Source: Candidatus Thorarchaeota archaeon
Lineage (GTDB): Archaea; Asgardarchaeota; Thorarchaeia; Thorarchaeales; Thorarchaeaceae
Reading direction: 5' to 3'
Assembly: GCA_048882485.1 (NCBI GenBank)
Contig: JBHLRP010000046.1
Span: forward strand, 1-27,370
DNA: 27,370 bases
Part shown: positions 1 to 10,252 of the stretch, piece after piece
How the letters are laid out: every line of letters begins with the position of its first letter
Position numbering within the stretch: position 1 is the first letter of the stretch
Position numbers and translations under genes: made by a program
The notes under the pieces: model-generated
Databases searched by the model: none
What the model was told of the DNA's origin: nothing
Seen by the model: only the letters and a program-made list of their open reading frames with translations

Positions 1-363
1 CACAGTTCTCCGCATCAGAGAAAGATGATTGCTGAAATCAATTCAGCCTACAAATGGGACCTCGTTATCATGGATGGGGTTGTTTCGTTTGTCGATGGAG
101 GGCCAATGCAGGGGACCCGAAAGGATTCCAATGTCTTTGTTGCTGGAACGGACAAAATCGCGATAGATGCAGTTGGAGTGGCACTGCTGAGATTGCTTGG
201 GACAACTCCTGAGGTCAGCCAGGGGCCTATCCTTGAACAGGAGCAACTGGCTCGTGCAATTGAGTTGGGGATTGGCATCTCTGATTTAGATGACATTAAA
301 TTTTCATCTGACACCCCCCATAGCAAAGAATTGGTTGAGAGAATCAGAACTGAGTTCGCTTGA
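1..363 (+). CDS. DUF362-family Fe-S protein, 3' part (5'-truncated by the window edge)
   Basis: Frame is open from base 1 (HSSPHQRKMIAEIN...). The pattern 'DLVIMDG...GGP...G...AGTDKIAIDAVG..LLG' is typical of the DUF362 C-terminal half. Confidence 0.75.
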   Translation, partial: HSSPHQRKMIAEINSAYKWDLVIMDGVVSFVDGGPMQGTRKDSNVFVAGTDKIAIDAVGVALLRLLGTTPEVSQGPILEQEQLARAIELGIGISDLDDIKFSSDTPHSKELVERIRTEFA

Positions 364-490
364 CCACCAAGCAAATTTATTCCTTTGGTAAGGCAATTCA
401 TCATTTCAGCAAAATACCATTCATTTTATTAGCCAGCACCACCATTAATGATGTTTGGTCTTTGACTTGGGACTGCGCGTGGTGTCCAGA

Positions 491-3400
491 ATGATGCAAA
501 GAAAATGTATACTGAGGCTGAGTGCTATTGCTATTTCTTGGATAATTCTTACATCATCCTTTACAATGGTCAGCTCATTATTATTCTTCGCAGATGAACA
601 GAGAATCTCGACCAGTCATGCCAATAATGGGCAGGTGGAAAGCTCTTTCCAGATTGGTTCGCCTATCGTGGAAAATGGCTATACTTGGTGGCCCTTCGAT
701 GATAGCGTAGATGCCGGAACCCCTGCTGAAGCCCATATTACGCTGTCGGATCAATTAGGACTTACACTTGTTGCCGACTTCTATGGATTTTGGGAATCGA
801 ATAGGAGTGTGCAAATCAACGAAACATACTCAGAGTATTATGATACAGTTGACATTCCTGGCACCAGTCAAACTGTCGACATTGGGATGCCGGAGCTACC
901 AAGACTCATAGCCTATGTACAGGTTCCATTAGGAGTTGATTTGGCAATTGAATCTGTAATAACAACTTCGACTATTGTAGAGGACTACAGTATCGCCCCA
1001 CTACAACCTCGTGTTGTTCCAGCTTGGCCTCGACAGTCTCCCAGAGTTCCATCCCCGGCAATCTTTGATGATTTCTATAACAGGAACGAACTCTATCCTT
1101 CATCCAATGCGAGCCTGGAAGGTGAATCTGGATCGTCACCCATCATAATGAGAGGAAGAAGACTTCTAGAGGTTAGCTTCTATCCATTTCAGTACAATCA
1201 TAGAAGTCATCAATTGAGAGTACAATCCAACATGATTGTTAGACTGGACTACTCGAATCCATCACAGATAGAGCAAGTCAGACTTGCTTTAAGATCCGAG
1301 CATTTCGAGGCTATTTTCAGAAGAACACTTCTAAACTACAAGTCATGGAATGCTACACCCTCTTTGGATATAGCAGTGAACGAGGAATCATTACCAAAGG
1401 ATTTCACAATAGCTAGTGCTTCAAATGATGCCGCTGAGTACCTAATAATTGTCAATGAAACTTTCATAGAAGATGCCCTTCGACTTGCAGCTTGGAAACA
1501 TCGGACTGGTCTTCGCACAAAAGTATATACTACTCAAGAAATTGTTGCTTTATTTGGTGCGACTGGGTCTGTGACATCTGGCCAAATCAAAGCCTTCATT
1601 CGGAATGCCTACAACAATTGGGACCCATGTCCTATATTTGTGCTTCTTTTTGGCGATAGCGAATATATCCCCACCAATTATGAGATGGTCCATTCGGATG
1701 ATTATTACTATCATCAGCAATTTGGGTATATTGGGGAAGACCTTCATTATTTCACAGTTGACGGATCTGATTATATTCCGGATATCTTCTATGGTCGAAT
1801 CTCCGTTGATACAGTTGATGAAGCTAAAACGGTAGTCGACAAGATTCTGTCATATGAGAAGAATCCTATATCTGATGATTTATTCTACAATAACATGCTT
1901 GCTGCAGGTTTCTTTGAAGATATCACAGAGGGCGAAGGTGAAAGCGAAAGGGACGTGGTCAACGGCGATGGCGAGGAAGATTGGAGTGCACAATTCATTC
2001 AATCTGCTGAATTTGTAAGAAACCACCTTGAAGACCTTGGGTATATAGTTCATGCCAACTATACCGCCAACACAACTGCACCACATTTGCCACCAAGTTC
2101 ATTTTGGGATGATCCTCAACGCGTTGACGAGTTTGCATGGCCGAATCATTTGAACACATATAATTGGCTATCCATTGAAGAAGCCGATTCTCACTATTCA
2201 GTGCAAAACATAACCGCAAACATCAATGAAGGAAGATTCTTGGTGTATCATGTTGATCATGGCGGCTCAAGGAATAGTCATTGGCTCACACACGAGCTAG
2301 GCGAATGGGAACGGAACGAGGGATGGGTATTCCCCCGATTCAATTCGACACATATACCCGGATTAACGAATGGTGCCAAATTGCCTCTTTTCATAAATAT
2401 TGACTGCAGCACTGGATGGTTCGATGGTGAGATTGACCAAATTGCCATGGATGCAGGGGGGAGTGAGAATTTCACGAATAATGAAGAAAGCCTTGCCGAA
2501 TTGCTTCTCAGGCATGATGCTGGAGGTGCAATAGCAGTAATCGCAGCATCCAGAATTATCTGGAATGAGGACGGCCAAGCGTTATTGAGAGGGATAATCG
2601 ATGCTTTCTGGCCGGGTCTAGTAACAACGGAATTCCCTCCAGTGTATGAGATGGGAGCTGCTCTCTATTATGGAAAGATGAACGTTTTGAAAGAGTACGG
2701 GTATATCAATCCATTCCAAACGGTTAATGCAACCTTCAGAATGTACCATCTATTTGGAGACCCAACTACTCCTCTCTGGACACAGGTGCCCTCCGAGCTC
2801 GTAGTTGATTATCCAAGAAAGATTGGAACGACTGGTGTCCAGAAATTCGTGGTCAAGGTAAGTGATGTAGCGGGCAACGAAGTAAACCGTGCAAAGGTTT
2901 GCCTTCAGATGGGAACCGATGTATACGAAGTTGGACTTACGAATTTTGGTTATGTCGAATTTGAGGTGAATAATCCGCATGGCGGAATCATGAATATAAC
3001 CGTGACACACTTCAACTCGACTCACAACTTCAAGCCGTATACTGGTTCTATTGAGATTATAGAGAGCGGTGCTAGAGTCCGAGTGGTTCCAGAAAGGACT
3101 CATCAAGAAACTACAGTAGATATCACTGTATTTGGCTTTACTCCTGGGCTGGATGTCACTGTCTATTTTGATAATGAAGAGAGGAGTCTCCTGTATACAG
3201 GCCCATCTGCACAATTTAGTTCCTGGAACGTGCCAGATGGCAGTTTTGGACCCATAAACATCGTAGCAAACCAGACAAATCTAGACATTATCTTCACAGC
3301 TGTCACAGTATTTTATCGTCTGCCTGAAGACCGCCCAGATCCACTATTATTGAGGGAATCGATTTATGGTGGCAGGAGCATCACGATAAAAGAAGAAACT

Positions 3401-4138
3401 TCAGATGGCTATTGGACACCAGTGGCAGATCCCATGAAACTGAATCTATTTCAGCCTTACCAGGTGTTCATAGATGTGTATAATGACGGGCAGACTCATG
3501 CTGGCGGCACTTGGCTTGACCTATACTATCATGCCTTTGGAGTTGGTCTTATGTGGAACCATATCGATTCTGCCCAATCTCCAGGTGCTCCAAATCCACA
3601 ACCGGCACCCGGGTCATCATGGACTGCGACTATAGACTGGATACCTAGAATCTCTGGAAAAACCTGTCTTACGGCCATTATTGCTCACCCCTATGACGAC
3701 GATATTAGCAATAACAGAGAATGGAAGAACGCCGGTGTCCTCCCAGTGATGTCGCCTGGGAACATTAGCTTTTATGTCGGCAATCCTGAGGTGAATGAAG
3801 AGTATGCGTTTTTGGAGCTACGTCAAGAGGATAACTACACAACGTATTGGAACGCATCTATTCGTGGATATTCTTCAACCGCCTTAGAAGGAATGCAAAA
3901 TGAGTCCGTCGAATTCGTAGTCGATGTCCCTGATTACGTCCAAGAAAACGAATGGCGGATCTTCATAGTAGAATTGTACATCAATGGTAAATTGATAGAA
4001 GGAATAATGATTAATGTCACAAAGGTTTCACCACCGCCTCCTCCAGGATGCGATATTCTTGACTACGTGGTGCCGATAGTTGTCGGGGCGATCGCATTGG
4101 TTGTGTTGGTAGTGCTCTTCAGAAGGAGGAGATCCTAG
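491..4138 (+). CDS. Secreted, C-terminally membrane-anchored gingipain-like cysteine peptidase (C25 propeptide + Peptidase_C25 + Ig/CARDB-like domains)
   Basis: N-terminal hydrophobic segment. Propeptide 'G.PELP....VQVP' and 'FYPFQYN'. C25 core 'YLII...LAAWK..GL', 'FVLLFGD', 'YGRISV', with His-Gly (DHGG) and Cys (IDCSTG) dyad and 'YHLFGDP'. Pro-rich linker, TM helix and RRRR tail. The ORF opens at TTG 455; ATG 491 is the likelier start. Confidence 0.85.
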   Translation: MMQRKCILRLSAIAISWIILTSSFTMVSSLLFFADEQRISTSHANNGQVESSFQIGSPIVENGYTWWPFDDSVDAGTPAEAHITLSDQLGLTLVADFYGFWESNRSVQINETYSEYYDTVDIPGTSQTVDIGMPELPRLIAYVQVPLGVDLAIESVITTSTIVEDYSIAPLQPRVVPAWPRQSPRVPSPAIFDDFYNRNELYPSSNASLEGESGSSPIIMRGRRLLEVSFYPFQYNHRSHQLRVQSNMIVRLDYSNPSQIEQVRLALRSEHFEAIFRRTLLNYKSWNATPSLDIAVNEESLPKDFTIASASNDAAEYLIIVNETFIEDALRLAAWKHRTGLRTKVYTTQEIVALFGATGSVTSGQIKAFIRNAYNNWDPCPIFVLLFGDSEYIPTNYEMVHSDDYYYHQQFGYIGEDLHYFTVDGSDYIPDIFYGRISVDTVDEAKTVVDKILSYEKNPISDDLFYNNMLAAGFFEDITEGEGESERDVVNGDGEEDWSAQFIQSAEFVRNHLEDLGYIVHANYTANTTAPHLPPSSFWDDPQRVDEFAWPNHLNTYNWLSIEEADSHYSVQNITANINEGRFLVYHVDHGGSRNSHWLTHELGEWERNEGWVFPRFNSTHIPGLTNGAKLPLFINIDCSTGWFDGEIDQIAMDAGGSENFTNNEESLAELLLRHDAGGAIAVIAASRIIWNEDGQALLRGIIDAFWPGLVTTEFPPVYEMGAALYYGKMNVLKEYGYINPFQTVNATFRMYHLFGDPTTPLWTQVPSELVVDYPRKIGTTGVQKFVVKVSDVAGNEVNRAKVCLQMGTDVYEVGLTNFGYVEFEVNNPHGGIMNITVTHFNSTHNFKPYTGSIEIIESGARVRVVPERTHQETTVDITVFGFTPGLDVTVYFDNEERSLLYTGPSAQFSSWNVPDGSFGPINIVANQTNLDIIFTAVTVFYRLPEDRPDPLLLRESIYGGRSITIKEETSDGYWTPVADPMKLNLFQPYQVFIDVYNDGQTHAGGTWLDLYYHAFGVGLMWNHIDSAQSPGAPNPQPAPGSSWTATIDWIPRISGKTCLTAIIAHPYDDDISNNREWKNAGVLPVMSPGNISFYVGNPEVNEEYAFLELRQEDNYTTYWNASIRGYSSTALEGMQNESVEFVVDVPDYVQENEWRIFIVELYINGKLIEGIMINVTKVSPPPPPGCDILDYVVPIVVGAIALVVLVVLFRRRRS

Positions 4139-4330
4139 CGTAATCTATGTTCTGAGAATTGGCTGTCTAAAACGGATAGCATTTCCAAATGGTTGGTATT
4201 ACTCAGTGTTACCTCTTTCATGCAAGTGTCATCTCTTGGGGTTTTGATAGAGATTTTTCTTGTAACAAACAGTTTTATACAATGAACGCATGAATAAACG
4301 ATTAAATCGCGTTTTTAGGAGGAATGTGAA

Positions 4331-4903
4331 TTGGCTGAATTGGATGAAACGGCACGTGAAACAAGGCGTGCGTTTAGAACAATTATAAGAATGATACAAA
4401 TGGATGACCATTTTCGTGAAACACTTGCAGGTTTCATCAAAAAGGACTCCGAAAATGTATACTCTTGGAATTTCGGCATAGGGGAAACAGTCGATACTAG
4501 ATCCAGTGGACTAAGCTTGAGTACTATCTGGGCTTGGAACTATCTATTAAACACTGTAAAACCAGCCTACGAAGGTGCCAAATTTGCAGCTGAGATAGCG
4601 TGGGAGTTTACCCACAGGAAGCCTACTAAAGCCAAATGGAAGCGAAGGCAGTGGTCAACGCAGGATTATAGTGAATATGTGACTCGAAAGATAATGAGAC
4701 AGCGCGACGCTTCTGGGGCTGATTGGTGGTCAATGAAATTCCTAGGTCATATCTTTCTTGGCTTAGGACCTTGGCCAGTTGGCGATGATGCAGATGATGA
4801 TGCAACAACTGCAATCTCAGCTGGAACAAGCCCTACTTCTCCAAGCAGGTCATATGGTACAGGACCTTGGCCCAAAGGAAATGGTGCTGGAACTACTGGA
4901 TAG
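4331..4903 (+). CDS. Hypothetical protein, 190 aa, Trp-rich, low-complexity tail with two GxGPWPxG motifs
   Basis: TTG start preceded by an AGGAGG Shine-Dalgarno-like sequence (4318-4323) and a TTTTATA box near 4273. Fills the gap between two genes. No family recognised. Confidence 0.65.
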   Translation: MAELDETARETRRAFRTIIRMIQMDDHFRETLAGFIKKDSENVYSWNFGIGETVDTRSSGLSLSTIWAWNYLLNTVKPAYEGAKFAAEIAWEFTHRKPTKAKWKRRQWSTQDYSEYVTRKIMRQRDASGADWWSMKFLGHIFLGLGPWPVGDDADDDATTAISAGTSPTSPSRSYGTGPWPKGNGAGTTG

Positions 4904-4936
4904 CTAAAGACAATCAAATCTTAGTAAGTCGCGTCA

Positions 4937-6406
4937 CTATCCCCTCCTTAGAAGATGTTCTAAACCCTCATTCAAGAACGCCATACTAGGATTCTCGCCA
5001 ATTGTGCGAATCTTCTCTCTCAACTCTCGAAGAGCACCTTCATCTCCACGAACATAGGCAAGTTTCGCCTTGAGTAACAGTGCTTGCCCAAGGATTCCGG
5101 GCAGATCATCTGAAATCGCTTTCTCTTCTAGAAGCGCTATCCATGGAATTTCTCTCTCCTCGAAATCCGCTTCGGCTCGCAGTGCATCCAATTGAGCCAA
5201 GTTTTCCATGATAATGAGCGCATATTCAACTGAATGCTTTCCTTCATACAGTTCAATGGCGTCCTCCATATTCTTTGCTGCATTATTCAGGTTTCCCTCC
5301 ACCATTTCATAAACGCCCGTCACAAAATATAGCCATCCTAGATTCCCCTCATAGCCTGATTTCAGAATCGGCTCACGTATAGAATCAAGAAGCTCACTGG
5401 CCCTGTCAAGAAGCTTCAGTAGACTCAGAGACCATGCTTGATTGAGAATCGCTCGTTGCCTGACAGTTGGATTACTCTCGAAGTCCTCTTCTGCGAATCT
5501 TCCCCACTCCAATCCGGACGCGGGATTCTTGATAACATTGTAGAGGTCAGAAAGCAGCAATGCGTAGGCGCCCACAGGAAGTTCCATTCGCTCTCTGATT
5601 CTAATGGCATCAGAGACTCGTTCAATAGCGAGATTATACTCACCTCTGGCGGCATCCAACCTTGCTAAATAGATCAGCGTAGAAGCCAAGCCTGCATCGT
5701 TTCCAAGTGTCTCCATAATGTCTCTTGCTTCCAGAAGTGCATTCCTTGCTTCTTTCACATCCCTACTCTTGAGATAGACAGACTTCACTCTCAGGTGGTA
5801 GGCTAGTCTTACTATGTCGTCGTGTTTCACAGCACTCGCAATTGCAAGCTCGGTGCTCCGTTCGATCTCCTCTGCATCTCCATCTCGCGAGGCCTTTTCT
5901 CGATAGCAGTCGTACAAGATGTTCTCGAAGAATTCAAACTCGGGTGATTTTGCAATCAATCTCTCCAATTCATCCAGATTTGAGGTGTCATAGAGTGTTG
6001 TTGGATATTGCAGCAGATCTGCTTCGTACTTCAGAAACCTCATCTCAATAGCCAACCAGTCTGGCGGATTTGTATCAAGCACAGCATCTGCGGCTGCGTG
6101 AACTTGCTCAACCGCATCATAGTTCCCCTGATGGACACTGGCATAGAAGAGGTTAGGACGAAGAATGGGGACAGTGCCGTATTTCTTTGATATTGAATCG
6201 ATGCTGTCGATATCTAAAAGAAGTGCTGAATGGTGAATTGCAAAGTACACCACCAATTCAGGACTATTTTCACTCAAGACTCTCTCATTGAGACGCTGTA
6301 CAAAATCGTAGTAGTTGCACGCCTCATCCATAATGTTCTGCAGGATTCCCCTGGACTCTTCGTCCAAGAACAGGAAATACATTGTAATTGTCCCGATTGG
6401 TTTCAT
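4937..6406 (-). CDS. Tetratricopeptide-repeat (TPR) protein
   Basis: 489-aa all-helical ORF with TPR patterns (LA..L..LARLDAARGEYNLA; LG.LY...G.LNNAA..MEDAIEL). Confidence 0.8.
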   Translation of the reverse strand: MKPIGTITMYFLFLDEESRGILQNIMDEACNYYDFVQRLNERVLSENSPELVVYFAIHHSALLLDIDSIDSISKKYGTVPILRPNLFYASVHQGNYDAVEQVHAAADAVLDTNPPDWLAIEMRFLKYEADLLQYPTTLYDTSNLDELERLIAKSPEFEFFENILYDCYREKASRDGDAEEIERSTELAIASAVKHDDIVRLAYHLRVKSVYLKSRDVKEARNALLEARDIMETLGNDAGLASTLIYLARLDAARGEYNLAIERVSDAIRIRERMELPVGAYALLLSDLYNVIKNPASGLEWGRFAEEDFESNPTVRQRAILNQAWSLSLLKLLDRASELLDSIREPILKSGYEGNLGWLYFVTGVYEMVEGNLNNAAKNMEDAIELYEGKHSVEYALIIMENLAQLDALRAEADFEEREIPWIALLEEKAISDDLPGILGQALLLKAKLAYVRGDEGALRELREKIRTIGENPSMAFLNEGLEHLLRRG

Positions 6407-6471
6407 AGCCCAACCATGAAACTAAGCGACCTTCTCCTTAACACTTTCGGAGAAGATGATTAGTCTGGTAC

Positions 6472-9400
6472 CTACTGCCTTTTGATAGCAGCATCTACCA
6501 TCGACATAATCTGATTCCAACGATAATGTCTCATGTCAATGGCGTTATTGGGACATCCAGCCGAGCAGGTTCCGCAACCTTGGCATAACTCCTTCACCAC
6601 GGTCATCTTCTCATCTTCGAACGTTGGAGCACCGTAGGGACATAGTTGAGAGCAGAGTTCGCACTGGTTGCATATCTCATGGTCAATCTCTGCATAGATT
6701 GGTTCAATATCGAACTTGCCTGCAGAGATCAAAGATTGGGCCATTGCCGCTGCACCCTTCCCGCTAAAAACAGCATTTCTAATGTCAGTTGGTCCCAAAC
6801 AAGCCCCCGCAAAGAATATGCCATCCTTGTAAGACTCCACAGGCCGCAATTTTGGATGAGCACAAAGGAAGAAGCCATACCCATCTGTGTTAACGCCGAG
6901 AGTTCTTGCGAGGTCGGATGTACCACCCGCAGGTCGCATAGCAGTGGCTAGCACAACTAGGTCATAGGTGAAGCTCGTGTTGCGACCAATATACAGGTCC
7001 TCCGAGAGAACTCTCACTCTATCTGTTTCCGGAACCGCCTCCAACTCAGATGCCTTCCCCTTTATCACAATGATGCCCATATCTAGAGCTCGCTGATAGA
7101 GATCCTCGTAACCAGGTCCATGAGTTCGAACATCGATCGCGTAGATGAAGACTTCAGTTTCTGGATACTTCTCTTTGATCTGTGTTGCTTGCTTGAGCGA
7201 GTTCTCACATCCAAAGTAGCAGCAATAGTCTTGCTTTGCCCTCGGGTCCCTAGAACCCACGCATTGGACAAATGCAATGCTCTCAGGTGTCTTTGCGTCC
7301 GTAAGTCGCCTTATTTTGCCATGGGTCGGTCCTGCAGCATTGGTAATCCGCTCGAACTGTGCATTTGTAATGACATTGGGTATCAGTCCATATCCATACT
7401 CCCGTGATTCGTATGGCTCGTATGACTCGCCGCCAGTTGCTACAATAATAGCACCTACATTCAGGTCTATTACCTCATCCTCCATATCATGAATGATAGC
7501 ATCAGGCTCACACTTCTCCAGACACATCTCGCACTCACTGCAGACAGCACAACTCAAACAGCGATTAGCTTCAAAAGCTGCCGCCCTTTTAGAAAGTCTC
7601 AGCTCGATTTCGTCGAAAGTTCCTCTGCGTTTGCTTCTTCCTAATTTCCTTATTGGTACCCTCGCCCCGTGCTTGAGTTGTGTCGTGTCGACCTCCTCAC
7701 TCGGCACAACTCTCTCTTCCATTGCCCTTCCTTCCAGCAAGTCGACCTTCTGCAAGTACCGGTCTATTGACTCAGCAGCTTCTTTCCCTTGCGCGATTGC
7801 TTCAATGACGCTAGATGGTCCCAAGACCACATCTCCGCCTGCAAACACGCCTTTCTGATTGGTTTCAAGCGAGACCTCACGGACTGAGAGAGTTCCCCAA
7901 GCTGTGGAGTCCAATTTCTCTAGACCTGATAGGTCGGTACGTTGTCCAATAGCTATGATGACGGTGTCGCCTTTGATAGTAGGTCCTGACACATCAGAGA
8001 ACCTGGGAGCGAAACTGCCATCGGCAGCATAGACTGATGTACACATGGTGGTTTCCAGTCCCGCAACCTTGCCGTTCTTCTCAAGAATTCGAACTGGACC
8101 TAATGACCCCATGATGACGATCCCCTCCTCCTCAGCATCCTCTATCTCCCAATCGTGAGCAGGCATTCTATCGCGTGATGTGAGGTCACGGGTCTCAAGG
8201 CATACAAGAGTCACCTTCTTTGCTCCCAATCGAACTGAGGTTCTTGCACAATCTATGCCTACGTTTCCCCCACCAATGATGATGACTCTCTCACCCATGT
8301 TCTTTGGTTTCTTGCCCTTCTTTGCATCCTGAAGAAACGGAAGGCCAAGCATTACTCCTTTGGAATCTCCTCCTTCCAGAGACAGTGTCGCTGGGCTTTG
8401 TGAACCGATAGCAAGGTAGACTGCCTTGTAATCCTTCTTCAGCTGTTTGAGCGTGATGTCTGTTCCAATTGTGGTGTTTAGCTGGAGATCTATTCCGTGA
8501 TCAAGTATCCAATTGATGTCGTACATGGATACTTCGTTGGAAACACGGTAGTTCGGGATTGAACTAGTAATCATTCCACCAGGGGTATCCGAGGAATCAA
8601 AGACAGTGACTGGATAACCCTTCTTCAGAAGATCAAGAGCACATGTCAGACCTGATGGACCTGCTCCGACTACTGCGACCTTCTTCCTCAATCTTGGTTC
8701 AATCTTCTCAGGGCGGTCTTTCTCATATTCCGCCACATAATCCGCCACGTACCTCTTGAGGTGACGGATGGCAATCGCCTCATCATGCTCACCTCTGACA
8801 CAGTCAGTTTCACATGGATGATGACAGACGCGCCCCAAGACTCGCTGAAACGGAGCTGACTTCCGCATGACATCAAGCGCCTCTTTGAGTCTACCATCCT
8901 TGTAGAGTCCTATGAACGCTTGATTGTTGACCTTTGCCGGGCATGCATTTCGGCATGGTGAAATCCCCAATTTCTCAATGGTATACGTATTCGGCACAGC
9001 TTGCGGAAACGGTCGATAGATGGCTGCGGATTCAGTCAGCCCAAAGTCATATCGATTTGATATTGTCATAGGACATTCCGGAACGCATTCTCCGCAGGAG
9101 TTACACTTCTCAGGGTCGATATAGCGCGCCTTCTTTTTGACCTTGAGTTTGAAATTGCCTACAAATCCCTCTACCTCTTCCAGTTCGCTATAGGTCATGA
9201 GATTGATGTTAGGGTGTTGTTCTACAGAAGCCATGATAGGTCCAAGAATACAGATTGCACAGTCATTTTGCGGAAACACCTTGTCAAGAAGAGCCATCTG
9301 CCCACCAATAGTTGGCAGTCGCTCAATTAGATGAACCTGGTACCCTCCATTAGCGGCAGCCAGAGCAGCAGATATGCCCGCCACACCTCCTCCAATAACT

Positions 9401-9849
9401 GCAATTTCAGGGATTATGGCAACACTCTCGAGGTCCAGTGACTCGAGGTCTCTTGCTCTTGCCACAGCCATCTCGATTAGACGTTTGGCCTTCTTGGTTG
9501 CTCCTTTCATATCATGCATTGTGCACCAAGATACATGCTCTCGAATGTTAACCATCTCAAAGAGGAACCTGTTGAGACCTGCACCTTCGATCGTCTTTCG
9601 GAAAATTGGTTCATGAGTTCTTGGAGTGCAGGATGCCACGATCACTCTGTTCAAGCCATACTTGGCAATCGAATCCTGTATGATCCTTAGACCGTCCGTC
9701 GAGCAGGTAAACATCAGGTCTGCTGAATGAGTCACATTGGGTAGAGATGCTGCATGGTCACTCACTGCTACAACATCAACACTGGCTGCAATGTTCAAGC
9801 CACAATGACAGACGAAGACCCCAATCCTCGCATCACTTTTTGCACTCAT
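6472..9849 (-). CDS. hdrA: Large heterodisulfide reductase A-like flavoprotein with an inserted GltD/NfnB-type FAD/NAD(P)H oxidoreductase module (HdrL-like)
   Basis: HdrA N-terminus 'IGVFVCHCG', 'ASCTPRTHE', 'NIREHVSW', GGGVAG and DCAIC. Insert 'PCRNACP...LGRVCHHPCE..C', GAGPSG, GGGNVG. HdrA C-terminus 'CVGSRD', 'HPKLRPV' and two CxxCxxCxxxCP. Likely start is ATG 9849 (MSAKSD), not the ORF-track start 9957. Confidence 0.88.
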   Translation of the reverse strand: MSAKSDARIGVFVCHCGLNIAASVDVVAVSDHAASLPNVTHSADLMFTCSTDGLRIIQDSIAKYGLNRVIVASCTPRTHEPIFRKTIEGAGLNRFLFEMVNIREHVSWCTMHDMKGATKKAKRLIEMAVARARDLESLDLESVAIIPEIAVIGGGVAGISAALAAANGGYQVHLIERLPTIGGQMALLDKVFPQNDCAICILGPIMASVEQHPNINLMTYSELEEVEGFVGNFKLKVKKKARYIDPEKCNSCGECVPECPMTISNRYDFGLTESAAIYRPFPQAVPNTYTIEKLGISPCRNACPAKVNNQAFIGLYKDGRLKEALDVMRKSAPFQRVLGRVCHHPCETDCVRGEHDEAIAIRHLKRYVADYVAEYEKDRPEKIEPRLRKKVAVVGAGPSGLTCALDLLKKGYPVTVFDSSDTPGGMITSSIPNYRVSNEVSMYDINWILDHGIDLQLNTTIGTDITLKQLKKDYKAVYLAIGSQSPATLSLEGGDSKGVMLGLPFLQDAKKGKKPKNMGERVIIIGGGNVGIDCARTSVRLGAKKVTLVCLETRDLTSRDRMPAHDWEIEDAEEEGIVIMGSLGPVRILEKNGKVAGLETTMCTSVYAADGSFAPRFSDVSGPTIKGDTVIIAIGQRTDLSGLEKLDSTAWGTLSVREVSLETNQKGVFAGGDVVLGPSSVIEAIAQGKEAAESIDRYLQKVDLLEGRAMEERVVPSEEVDTTQLKHGARVPIRKLGRSKRRGTFDEIELRLSKRAAAFEANRCLSCAVCSECEMCLEKCEPDAIIHDMEDEVIDLNVGAIIVATGGESYEPYESREYGYGLIPNVITNAQFERITNAAGPTHGKIRRLTDAKTPESIAFVQCVGSRDPRAKQDYCCYFGCENSLKQATQIKEKYPETEVFIYAIDVRTHGPGYEDLYQRALDMGIIVIKGKASELEAVPETDRVRVLSEDLYIGRNTSFTYDLVVLATAMRPAGGTSDLARTLGVNTDGYGFFLCAHPKLRPVESYKDGIFFAGACLGPTDIRNAVFSGKGAAAMAQSLISAGKFDIEPIYAEIDHEICNQCELCSQLCPYGAPTFEDEKMTVVKELCQGCGTCSAGCPNNAIDMRHYRWNQIMSMVDAAIKRQ

Positions 9850-10252
9850 AACTGCACTCTCGTGTAACAGAGGTTCCAGGAGAAGGAGGTCCGATAATAT
9901 GCAGGTTGTGTACGTTTGGTGACGCGGTGGATGAAATCTGGGCAGACACGGACACATGTTCGTGGTTCAATGTGCCTACAGAACCGTAGTGATAATGAAT
10001 CGGTTTCAGAATGAAATAAAGCTAGTGTGTTATATATCGTGCAAATTCGATAATAAGATGAGCGATAATGTGCTCTAGAGATGAAATCATGTCCGATTTC
10101 GCCATAGGAATGTCATATTACGAAAATGTATCTTCAAAGGCAAATTTGCTTCCAATTTAACATAAGTTGGCAGATCTCTCCCAAGCACCTCGAAAAAGGG
10201 AAGAGCTCCTAGATTTGAAGTTTAGATCAAGAAATGAAGCGGAGTCTAATAA

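Noticed and set aside
9850-9957. 36-aa N-terminal extension of the large HdrA, or a structured leader RNA
   Set aside because: HdrA homology starts at MSAKSDARIGVF, and I could not identify a convincing riboswitch fold.
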